Shown here piece by piece: positions 12,481 through 23,724 of a DNA stretch of 64,000 nt. The position numbers and the translations under genes were made by a program. Below the pieces are notes generated by a model that saw only the letters and a program-made list of their open reading frames with translations, made no database searches and had not been told where the DNA came from. Within the stretch, counting starts at the first letter, position 1; each line of letters begins with the position of its first letter. This DNA is from Lama glama (lineage: Eukaryota): positions 48,486,001 through 48,550,000 of the forward strand of contig CM052817.1 of NCBI GenBank assembly GCA_028534125.1, given 5' to 3'.

Positions 12481-13347
12481 GCCTGTTTCTTAAGTTATGT
12501 TTCCCCTTCCATTTCTTTTCCCCTTCTTATTTGTAGAAGAAATAAGATTAACCTTGAGGGGTTTCCATAGTGTGAGTTTCGCTGATGGTCTTTCAGTGAT
12601 GTTAATTGACCACCATTGTATTTTGTCTTTTTCGTAACTGGCAGGAACCCTACTTGGAATAAGCTACCTTTAAATAGCATTCCCTCCCCAGTTTAAATCT
12701 CTTCTTTCATGGCTTCCAGGTTCTGTGTCAGAATTAGGATGTCCCAGTGAAATGATTTTGAAAGCACCTGGTGATAAAGCATGAAGGTGTGTAGCCAGGG
12801 TGGACTGGAATACGGACAGCTCAGTGAAACCCACAAAGATCATGATCCTGACTAAATATGAAGCTTGTGAAACTTTACAAGTCTTCAAAGACTTGTGATC
12901 CCAAAGCATAACCAGGTTTTAACTGAAATAAAGAGGCTCTCAACCTTTCTTTCTGCCACTCAACAATGCCATTTGGGAATAAAGACCAAGAGCTAACGAG
13001 AAACTGAGTTACTCAGAATTTCTGATAGGCTGGCTGTAATTGCATCCATTTCTTTCCCCCTCAAGAGAGGGGATGGGGGAATGTAAGTGATAATACTGGG
13101 CTAATTTTTAACCTGCTCTAATTTACAAAGATAAACTATTTGTGATACACATGATAATTGAATATGAATGATACTCTTGTGCCAGAAAGCACTGCAAAAT
13201 GGCAGGACAGTACTGCTGCCTGGAGACTTGTGCAGTTTCTCCATCCTAGCTGCCCACTGGAAGCCTGAGTTTTGTTTTTATCATGATTAATTATTAACTC
13301 TTAGAATCTGACATCCTCAGCAATTCATACAGATGGTCACTGGTTCT

Positions 13348-14589
13348 GGTTTGTTTTTTTTTCATCATACAAACCATTTATTTTTTTAAATCAACTGTAC
13401 TTCAATTAAGAAACAAACAACAACCTATTTAAAATATGGGAAGAACTGAATAGACATTTTTCCAAAAGAGGAAATGCAGATAGCCCACAGGAACATGATA
13501 AGTTGCTCAACATCACTAGTATCAGGGAAATGCAAATCAAAATCATAATGACATACCATCTCACACCTGTCAGAATGGCTATCATCAAAAAGAACACAAG
13601 TGTTGGCAAGGATGTAGAGAAAAGGGAACACTGTTGGTGGGAATATAAATTGGTGCAGCCACTATGGAAAACAATATGGAGGTTTCTCAAAAACCTAAAA
13701 ATAGAACCACCATATGGCCCAGCAATTCCATTGCTGGGTATATCCCAGAAAAACAAAAACATTAATTAAAAAAGATACACAAACCCTTCTATTAATAGCA
13801 TTATTTATAATTGCCAAGATATGGAAGCATCCTAAGTGCACATTAGTAGATGAATAGATAAAGATGTGGTTGGTATATATATGCAGTGGAATACAACTCA
13901 CCCATAAAAAAGGATATATTGCCATTTGCAACCCTTCATTCACCTTTTTTTTCCCACTTCAAAAACCAGAATTTTTGTAACTGGCATAAACATTCCCATT
14001 GTATCAAAACAAAATACCTAGAAATAAACTTAACCAAGGAAGTTACCTATACTCTGAATACTGTAAAACACTGATGAAGGAAGTTGAAGATGATACAGAA
14101 AAGTGGAAAGATACCTTGTGCTCTTGGATTAGAAGAATTGTTATTAAAATGGGCATACTACCCAAAGCAATCTACAGATTCAGTGCAACCCCTACCATGA
14201 TACTCAATGACATTTTTCACAGAACTAGAACAAATAATTCCAAAATTTATATAGAACCATAAAAGACTCCAAGTTGCCAAAGCAATCTTTTGTAGGGTTT
14301 TTTCGTTGTTCTCTTTTCTCATGGTTTGATGACTAGGAAAGTTCCTTTAACATTTGTTGTAAAGCTGGTTTGGTGGTGCTGAGTTCTTTTTAGCTTATGT
14401 TTTTCTGTGAAGCTTTTGATTTCTCCATCAGATTTGAATGAGTCTTGCTGGATATTTTTGTAAGTTTTCCCCTTTCATCACTTCAAATATATCACACCAC
14501 TCCCTTTTGGCCTGGAGAGTTTCTGCTGAAAAATCAGCTGATAACCTAGTGGGAGTTCACTTGTATATTACTTGTTGCTTTTCTGTTGC
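13348..14589 (-). mobile_element. Composite L1-derived retro-insertion (ORF1 fragment plus oppositely oriented ORF2 fragments), polyadenylated and TSD-flanked
   Basis: Direct repeat TCACTGGTTCT at 13337-13347 and 14590-14600; T-rich tail 13348-13362; minus-strand AATAAA 13377-13382; ORF2-like peptides on + (ORFs 13503..13769, 13999..14262); ORF1-like RLSADFSAETLQAKREW on -. Confidence 0.75.
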
Positions 14590-15269
14590 TCACTGGTTCT
14601 ATTTTTAACCAAGTTAACATTTCAAGGTGATATGCTATTTTTGAATAAAGGTTGCCTTTTATTCTAGGTGTAGAAATTGTGCTTGTCAGATATTTGATTT
14701 CTGATTTGGTGGACTGACTGACATGTTTACAAAAATCTCTTATACAAATGTTAACAAAATCAACTGTCCTCAGGAATGCTGAGAATAAAATAGAAGACCT
14801 TAATGATGGACAATCCCCAAGTCAGCAGATATCTAAGAATCATTTAAGATTTGACCTGGGAAAACATCTAGGGGGTTATTAGGCTAAGTTATTTGAAAGA
14901 TGCTTTACTATAAATCAAAACTTACCACTTCTGAAATATAATTCTTTAAAAAGGCTTACATTTTCTGTTGGCAAAGCTGAAATAAGGCTGTAATATACAG
15001 TGGCCCTGTGAGTTTCTTCAGAATCACTAGGACATACCTGGAGTCCTTTCACAGAAGGTAAAATTCCTTATAAGAGTTTCATCATATATTTTTATAACTT
15101 GACTGTGAATAACGAATGATCCAAGAACCTTGTGCTGAGCTATAAATCTGGTTTAAAATCCACATGCTGGGGAAAATTCTCAGATTCTATTTGGAAATAA
15201 ATTACATTTAGGGTGTTCAGTCAAATTCTATTAGGTTAGACCTATAGTTGTTTGGAATATGAAAGCACA

Positions 15270-16480
15270 GTTTTTTTAAAATTAAACTTTATTTTGGAAC
15301 AGTTTGGGATATACAAAAATGTTGTAAAAATAGAATTCCTGTATATACCTCACCCAGTTTCCCTGTTGTTGACATCTTGGAATGTATTTGCCGCAACTAA
15401 CGGTACATTACCATTAACTAAATTCCATACTTCATTCAGATTTTATTAGCTTTTCCCTAATATCTTTTGTTCCAGGATCCCCCATTACATTTAGTCATTG
15501 TGTCTCCTTAACCTCACTGTCTTTTTTGTTTTTGATGACCTTGACAGTTTTAAGGAGTACTGGTCAGGTATTCTGTTGGAAGTCCCTCACTTGGAGTTTT
15601 CTGAGGTTTTTCTCAGGGTTAGACTGCGGTTATCAGGTTTGGGGACAAAGAACACAAAGGTGTCATGCTCCCTGCATTCATCTTATCAACATGACTTACC
15701 ACTGACCTTGTGGATTTTGATCACCTGGCAAAAATAGTGTTTGCTAGGTTACTATAAAGTTTCTTTTTTCTTTATCTATATTCCACTTTTTTGAAGCAAG
15801 TTACTAAGCACAGCCCTCATTCAGAAGGTGGGGAGGTAAGTTCCACTTTCTTGAAGGAATAGTATCTACATAAATTATTTGGAATTTTTCTGTGTAGGAA
15901 ATAAGACATTACTCTGCCATTTATTTAATCCTTTATATAATGTGGACTCATGGATATTTATACTTTGGGTAATAATCCTACTCTACATTATTTTGCTTAC
16001 ATTGTTTCAGGTTTACCCACTGGGGGCTATTAGTTTGCTCCTGAATCCCTTTGATATGCCCCAGATCTGGAATCAGCCATTTCTCTAAGCAGCCCTGGCT
16101 CCCTTACTGGAGAATGAGATGAGAAACAGCTTTGTAGTAAGTTTTTAAATCAGGAAGTATGAGACATCCAGCTTTGTTCTTTTTCAAGACTGTTTTGGCT
16201 ATTTAGGCATCCATTGAAGTTCCATATAAATGCTTCTATTTCTGCAAAAAATACTGGGATTTTTGATAAGAGATAACATTGAATCTGTAGATAGTGTTGG
16301 GTAATACTGACATCTTAAAGATGTTAAATCTTCCAATTCATGAACATGAGGTGTCTTCCTATTTATTGGTGTATTTATTCTCTTAAAGCAATGTATAGTC
16401 TTCAGTGTACAAGTCTTTTGCCTCTGGTTAAGTTTATTTTTAAGTATGCTATTCTTGGTGATGCTATTATAAATGGTGGA
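15270..16480 (-). mobile_element. Decayed LINE-1 fragments (L1MC-like 3' UTR about 15270-16130, ORF2 piece about 16130-16480)
   Basis: tttgatgaccttgacagttttaaggagtactggtcagg; acattgaatctgtagatagtgttgggtaatactgacatctt; ORF 16199..16636 is L1-derived. Confidence 0.7.
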
Positions 16481-16866
16481 CAGCACAATTTTTAAGGAAG
16501 AAAGGCATAACATTAAGCCACGGTATTCATGACTTGGTGCCCTTGCTTTTGTGGGCAGCTGAACTAGTAACAGATCTTTGTTTAAGGAAAAAAAAAAAGC
16601 TAAATAGCTTATGTGCATTTGAAAGTCAAATTTCAAGTGGCTAATTACTTATTCCTTCTTATGTTCCATGAACAGAGCAGCCTCTTTTCAATTTAATTCA
16701 AAACTAATTATAAAATAACTTTTGCTGATTTAGGATAATTGCCCACATCATTTGTAGCACCTAGAACAGTGCTGACACATATAGGTGGTCAAAAATACAG
16801 AGGGTGAAGAATCATAAATATTTAAAAGGAAAAAAGAGACAACAAACGAGGCTAGAATTATTAGAT

Positions 16867-18167
16867 TTTATTTTTCCCTGGTACTCTTAAAACTCAGCTT
16901 CACCAAGTAACAGGCTAGACTTCTGGAATAACAACTCCTTCCTGGGCTGTAACCCTTTTCAGGAGACAGAAGTTATCAAATAGCGTTCCAGGATGCTTCC
17001 ACCTCAGAATTATAAAGCAGTTACAGAATCGTATCTTCTTAGGTCTTAATTCGAATCAAACAATCTAGACACATGTAACATAATCAAAAGAGCATATACC
17101 ATTTCTTTCCTTCTCTTGCTGAATGCATTTCCCTCTTTTCCCCCAAAGGGTTTGTTACTAAGAGATGTCTAAGTATTGTACTTTCCAAGAAACCGGTCTA
17201 CCAGTTCTGATTCCTAGCTTAGAATAAGGGATCCTTTATTTATTAAAGAATTTAATGAATAACCTGAGTTAATTATTCTCAGCCGTGGACAAATTAAGTT
17301 TGTTTTACTTTATACCTGACTTAGCTTTGCTTCAAATCTTCTACTTGCAAAAGTCAAACCCTAGCTTTAAAAGTTCTAATTTCCATTATGACCCAAAGAG
17401 GAATGAGTGACTGGGGAAGACAGTTGGCTTGTTTTGCAGTAGGAGACTCTGAAAAGGGCAGATATTTACTTTTGAAGTCATCAAGTGAAAAAACGGCAGG
17501 TGTTCCTCCTCCTCATGCTGATAATGAAAACACTTGTAGCCAGGACTAGAAAAATTCTGGTCCTAAAACTGTAATATATTATAATATTGCTTTAAGTACA
17601 TTCAAAATTTATATTACTCTTTAATATTTTTTCCCTGAGTTTGGGTTCACAGTTTGGTAGAGCTACTTTAAAGAAGAGGTAGTCAGTCGGGGTAAAGAGG
17701 AAACTTTATGTGTAGCAGCACCTGGGAAAATATGTAACACCCATCATTTCAATTTTAGGTAACATTTATCTTTCCCCCTTGAATCTGCAAATAAAAATAG
17801 GGGGAGATGATCATTTTCCTTTTTATCTTCTAAGGACCTTCTCTCCTTTCATATCCACCCCAGTATTATTATCACCAGTCATAAAAATGAATAACCTCTC
17901 CAAAGACATGCTATAAAATAAACACTGCAAAGTGGGGTTGTTCAGATTTAGCAGAGAGAGGCTCAACTGAGTAACTTTTATTCATATATTCATTAGAGAA
18001 AACGAGCAAAATTTCCGGCACCACCAACCACTGCCTCTTCTCCCTGGACCTGGTTTATTTAAGTCACTCTTAATTAACCCTTGAGTTGATTCTAACGTCT
18101 GGGCTCTAGGGGATCCTGACATCTGACACAAGTAGAGACATTTTGGTCTGGCTCTTGGCCTCCAGTC
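16867..18167 (-). other. RUFY3: RUFY3 long-isoform 3' UTR; extent uncertain
   Basis: Repeat-poor sequence after the stop; minus-strand AATAAA candidates at 18054-18059, 17977-17982, 17235-17240 and 16867-16872. Confidence 0.5.
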
Positions 18168-18311
18168 TTACGATGGGCTGGTGGAATACTGTTTCATCAG
18201 ATGTGTGTGACAGGGATTGCAAACTCGCTCAGGCTTGATACTTGAAGGAAGAGGCAGTTCGTTTGTTGAGCAGGCATTACAGAAGGTTCCTCTGCAGTTC
18301 TCACACACATT
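18168..18311 (-). CDS. RUFY3: RUFY3 long-isoform last coding exon (FYVE-like finger, C-part)
   Basis: ttatag|AATGTGTGT...[56 protein letters not shown]. Confidence 0.93.
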   Translation of the reverse strand, partial: NVCENCRGTFCNACSTNELPLPSSIKPERVCNPCHTHLMKQYSTSPS

Positions 18312-20057
18312 CTATAAGGAAAAGGGGAAGGCAGGTGGGGAACAGAAGAGCAAGGCATAAAGATGCACAGGATATAAAAGGCCACATATGATAAATGCTC
18401 AACGTCTAGTCAAGTACCTACTGAAAGTGTGCTGTGTGCCACACGGTATCTGACCAAACACAGTCTCTACAGAGAAGCACACAGTCTAGTTCTTAGAGCT
18501 AAATGAAGAGAAGCATTTCCACAGAATTCAAATGAACAAATACACAAATTGTTTCTCTTTAGAACACTTTCACTTACTATATTCACTTTAAGGTGGGCTA
18601 ATTCTAAAATTAGTTTTAAAGTACCAAAGCATAGGCAGGAACCTAGCAGTGGGTTGGGTAGCCAGCTTAAGGTGAAAGAATTTGCTGAGCATGATCTGAA
18701 AGTAGAATTCCTAAGACACTGGCGTCCTCAATGCCTTCCTGTGATGCCCTCTCTGGAAGCACATCCTCTGGAACATCAGTGCACTGCATCCTGTTTATTG
18801 GGAAATCAGTCTCTTTATTAAGCATTTTGAATCTTTAGTGGCCAAGCTAATGGACAGCATTTCGGTCATTATGGCAGTGTCACTGGTAAGGCTGTGATGG
18901 GGTGGTGCACACACAGTTCCAAGGGCCCCTGTATAAAGGCTGTGAAGAATAACTGCCCCCATAAATAATGCTACTTTTCCTCAAACAATTCATCTTCCTG
19001 AGGGTGCCGTGGAGGGAGGGTGGTCACTTTCATTTGAAAGCCTGAGAGGAATTTTTCTCCGAAATGTTGCCGTTACTTTGAATAGCTAAGAAAAGCCAGG
19101 ATTAGACTGGCAGCTTCTTCTGTTTTGGAACACATTTTTCTCATTAAAACTTTCAGTTCTATAAAGGCAGTTCATCTTTATTTGATACTGTTAATTTAAG
19201 ACTAGGTCATATTACAAGTTTGCCTGTTAAAATGCCGCATGATCACAAATGGTGGCATGTTTCCTTTTCCTCTCAGTATTTGTTTCCAACACTCATTAGT
19301 CCATAGCATTTCTCAAGCATCTCCTATGCACTGGGCACCATATTTGATGCTGGGGGACCCTACTGTAGCGAGCAAGGCACAGAGCTGGCTGTCAAGGACA
19401 CTTACTCTTCCTGAATGCTTCCTTCACTCTGCCGACTCAGGATAACACACTGGGAGGGTCCTCAAGCAGAGATCCTTGAGGATCCGAGGGAAAAACAAGT
19501 GGTTTGGTGGGGAGAGAGCTCATTTTCCTTTCCAAGGCTGTTTCCCCCAAATTCAAAGAACCCTCCATCCCAAACATGTCTTAACTGTTCTAAGCAGGAC
19601 AGAGTTCTAGAAGGAGTGGACTTTGTAGGCAAAGTCATGCTGCATTTGAACTTTGAGTAAGTAACTGGGAAAAGTCCTTAATGCCTCTGACCCAAAGTTC
19701 TTCATCTGTGAAACGATGGCACAAAGGACATACGCTTAAGAACAGGGACCTGGTCTACACTGTGTTCATTCTTCTTTTTCCAGCAGATGGAATAGCACAT
19801 TCCACACAGTAGGCGCTCAATGAATATTTGTGCATTCATGTTTATTTTAAATTATATAGTTAATTTGTATTTATTTTAATGGGCGTTTACTGACATGACT
19901 TAATAGGGCTGAAAAAAATAGGTACACACCAACTACTTGCTCCTCTTGCTTTCCTCCCCATGCTCTGCACTCTACACAGGCCGCCCCTATTAGCGGGCGG
20001 GGCTAGGGTGCAGTGGGCGTCCCTATGAAGAACCTGTTCATTTCTCACCACCGTTAC

Positions 20058-20126
20058 CTTTGTTAGGCTGCAGTCTTCCTGGCACAGCTGACACATCTGG
20101 GGCTTTTCAGAGAGCAGCGGCTGATC
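20058..20126 (-). CDS. RUFY3: RUFY3 long-isoform exon, 69 nt (first CxxC of the FYVE-like finger)
   Basis: gtttag|GATCAG...ACAAAG|gtaacg; DQPLLSEKPQMCQLCQEDCSLTK. Confidence 0.92.
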
Positions 20127-20898
20127 CTAAACCAGAGTGAGCCAGTTAGTTTCCCTTAGCCCGGGACATTTTTTCAGAATATGCATTTTTTAGTTACACA
20201 ATATCATCATAGTACAGACCACCTGGAAACTGAAGAAACAGACTACATATAGTCCCACCACCTTAATACAACTCTGCTAATCCTATCAGTATCCTTGGAG
20301 CTCTTTTAATTTTTACAATAAAATAACATGCGATTTTATTTATAGAAAGAAAATTCAAGTATATAAACGTAAGAAGTTAAAAAAAAAAGCCCCATTCCTC
20401 TTGCCTTACTCTGTCATCAAGAATGGGAAGGAGTAGGCTTCATTTTCTATCCTAATAGATAAATGACAGGGTGACTCACACAGAGTAGCACTTACGTCTT
20501 TCTCATGGGGTTGACATATACCACTGTATTTATATTTCTCTGCCGTTTATGTTTGCTTATTTGTAAGTGATCAAGAAGTATTTTTTTCTCTCCATTTTAT
20601 GTCAGGGAAAACTAACGGAAAGGGAGGTATGGCGAGTCCCCTTAGGTCTCATAAGTATGTTAAAGAGAATCTCAAATGGGGGAAGTGAAAACTGCTTACT
20701 TAGTAAATTGCTCAAAGGGCTGTGCTACTTCCAGTGAGAATTTCAGGCAAATGCATGTTTGTTTAGGACATCCTCAGAAGGATGGACACAGAGGCCTGAA
20801 TGCATTCATCTACCTCCCTTGCTGCCTTGTTTACAGCTAGGCATGGTCCAGCCAACTCTATAATTTATACAAGATGTTTTAGGATAGGAGACTGTTAC

Positions 20899-20926
20899 CT
20901 GTTCATCCACAGGGTGAGACTGCAGC
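20899..20926 (-). CDS. RUFY3: RUFY3 long-isoform microexon, 28 nt
   Basis: ttgtag|GCTGCAGTCTCACCCTGTGGATGAACAG|gtaaca; (R)LQSHPVDEQ; restores the frame between flanking exons. Confidence 0.88.
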
Positions 20927-21857
20927 CTACAATGGGAAATTAAGAACAGTAACTAATAGCGACTTATGTTTCCTTTATCATTTCAAAAGCACAGAAAATC
21001 AACACCATGATTCTTTTACATTGTTGGGACCAAAGTAATTATTAATGTCCACAACCAAGGGGAGGAAATTTTAGTTGTTAAATCTATTACTAGAATGTGA
21101 CCCTTGACCTACATAATGGTTTCTGTTTAAAAACAGACTGGAGTTACATTTTATGTTTCCTTTTTACTACCAAGAAAATAGAGTTTATGTTTTCCAACCT
21201 GCAAAACTCCCACTGGCTGAGGCCATACGTTGTGATAGCTTTTTTTTTCCTATCCACTATTATGGAAACCTACCCATTATCATATGTCAGGTATTGTCCC
21301 TTCTCCCAAGTATTCTTAAAATGTGAACTTTAGCAAATTACTCAGGGAAAGAGTGTGAGTGAGACTGTCACATGAGTACCCGTTCGGGTGGAAGTATTTC
21401 ATGATACCCAGCTGAGCTAGCCCTGATTTTCCCAACTTGGAACCGAACTCAGGAGGAACAGAACAAGAGGAGGAGCAAGGCCCACTTTCAGTTCTGGGGA
21501 AAATGCACCACAGATCTAGCGGTTCCAATTCTCTTTGGCTGAGAGGCAGTGTGACCTCCAGCATGATCGAGTTTTCAGGTGTTTCTTGGGCCACAATCCC
21601 AGGAAACCTGGGTGTATCTTAGTATTGTATTTCTGGCCAGGAGAAGCCCTGAAGTGGCTATTAAGTGGTGCAGAGACAAAGGACTTGAAAGCAGAAGCCA
21701 TGATAATAGAGGCAACTTGGACCTCTCTGTGTGCCTCAGTTTTCTCATCTGTGAGGCAGGAATAGATGGTTAAACTTTTGTAAGGAGAACTGAATTTACA
21801 AGGAGACAATGAATGTGACACATTTTTTAAGCTGCAGAGCGCGGAGGTAAGGCAGTG

Positions 21858-22041
21858 CACTCGTCCCTCTGCATCCTCAGGTTCTGCATCCAGGGTGGGT
21901 CAAGTCCCCAGGTGTGCAACCCACAAATCAGCGAGCCCATTATACTCATTGTGCTCAGCCATTTTATACAAGGGACTTGAACATCCATGGATTTCTGCAT
22001 CTGAGGGGGCTCCTGGAACCCCCGATATTGAGGGAGGACTG
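21858..22041 (-). mobile_element. Short TcMar-Tigger (MER2/Tigger2-like) element
   Basis: Ends CACTCGTCCCTCTGCATCC ... GATATTGAGGGAGGACTG|ta; contains the reverse complement of the MER2 core (gggacttgaacatccatggattt...cctggaacc). Confidence 0.65.
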
Positions 22042-22544
22042 TACTGTCTTGTATTTCCAGGGCCTAAAATCAGAACATGGCATGTAAGACCCTCCTGAAT
22101 GTAAGTGACTTGACTTTAGTCTAGAGCGAGGCTCCCTGAAGGGCCCCCTTGAACCCTGGTTAATTGTACAGTCTAGTTCTTTCCCATGGCCTGTGCTAAT
22201 CTGTAGTGTTAGACGGCCTGTAGTTTAAGGCTGGTCTTGGATCAGACTACGCTCTGTTTGGGAGGAAACTTAAAGGTTTTGGCATCGTTCTGGCCTTGGA
22301 GGCAAGGAAGGGCTGTGTAACATAAGCACCTGCACACTCAGCCTCTGTTGGACTGAGTGATTTATCTTCTGCAGCCGCTGGTTTTACTCCAGATGACACA
22401 TTATCTCATCCTTAGGGCATCCAAGGCTGTTCAGGTACAGCAGCCAAAAATGTATGCTGTACAGTTCTCTCAAAACCCCTCTGTGGTATCTTTTCTTGAT
22501 AATCATTTGATGATCATCTTTTCGGGGGGGTTGTTGTTATTATA

Positions 22545-22930
22545 ATAGACTTTAATTTTTAGAGCAGTTTTAGGTTCATAGCAAAGTTGAGCAGAAAGAA
22601 CACAGATTTCTCATATATTCTCTTGGATCTCCAACCCACCCCCTATGTCAACAATCCACACCACAGTGGTACCCGATGTTACAATCATTGAACCTAAACT
22701 GACATATCATAAGTCATAGTCTATCTTAGGGTTCACCCTTGGTGCTGTACATTCTATGGGTTTGGATAAATGCATAATGACATGTATCTATCAGTATAGT
22801 GCCATACAGAGTATCTTCACTGTCCTAAAAAATCCTCTGTGCTCCACCTATCCGTCCATTCATATCACCTAACCCCTGGCAACCACTGTCTCAATGGCTT
22901 TGCTTTTTCCAGAATGTCATATAGTTGGAC
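22545..22930 (-). mobile_element. LINE-1 (L1MB-like) 3' UTR fragment
   Basis: ttagagcagttttaggttcatagcaaagttgagcagaa...ttagggttcacccttggtgctgtacattctatgggtttgg. Confidence 0.7.
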
Positions 22931-23377
22931 CACCTTCATTTTTAATGCAGTGGCATTATGTAATATTTTGTTATATTTCTACCTGCTAAAACAATTGTTA
23001 AAAGTCAACTTCCGTGAAATGGCCCCCATGCTCTTCATAGTAAGCAAATGAGATGAAGAGTTCAGAAAAAGGAATAAAGATAAACTGTTTGAAACCCTTA
23101 AAGGAAAAAAAAAAAATAAGGGAAATTAGAGGCTTTATTTGAAACATAGCTTCCTTTCACTTAGCACTTTGCACATAGGTGGAAACATGCTCAGGTGCAC
23201 TTAAGAACCTAAGAAATGCTATGACTTGTGCTTCATTCACTTGTGCTGCTGACCCTGTAAAGGTCAGCTTAGAAATAATCTTTAAGTGACAACGGATTAA
23301 CCAGGGAAGTCAGGACAGCCTGATCACCTTCCTTCTAAAGTGGACTAAATGGGTTTGGTTTAATTTGTGTTATCTAG

Positions 23378-23481
23378 AATGTGAAAATGAATATATATAT
23401 ACTCATGTATGACTGAAAAATTGTGTTCTGCACCAGAAATTGACACAATATTGTAAACTGACTATATAACTCAATAAAAAA
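23378..23481 (+). mobile_element. Extremely 5'-truncated young L1 3' end (about 104 nt) with a 16-bp TSD
   Basis: TSD AATTTGTGTTATCTAG (23362-23377) / AATTTGTTTTATCTAG (23482-23497); body ends caccagaaattgacacaatattgtaaactgactatataactcAATAAAaaa. Confidence 0.8.
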
Positions 23482-23659
23482 AATTTGTTTTATCTAGTTT
23501 TTTATTTGTTCACTTCCCCCTTCAAAATGTCTTTCTGGAATATTAATACTGCAGATCACTGTACGGTCTGTGTCACTGCTAAAGCACATCAGAAGCTCCC
23601 TTCCCTACTACCCCAACATAACTTTGTATCTTAGTTAGTAATACTTTTTTACCAAATAC

Positions 23660-23724
23660 CTGTGGCTTTCTTCTAGGGGCTTTTTTAGTTTACCATTTTC
23701 CTCTTGAATTTTGTGTTTCCCATC
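23660..23724 (-). CDS. RUFY3: RUFY3 long-isoform exon, 65 nt
   Basis: tggcag|GATGGG...CCACAG|gtattt; DGKHKIQEENGKLKKPLEESH(R). Confidence 0.9.

Noticed and set aside
13406..16636. Several 60-145 aa ORFs (e.g. 13406..13762, 13503..13769, 16199..16636)
   Set aside because: Fragments of decayed L1 ORF2 in sense or antisense, not host genes.
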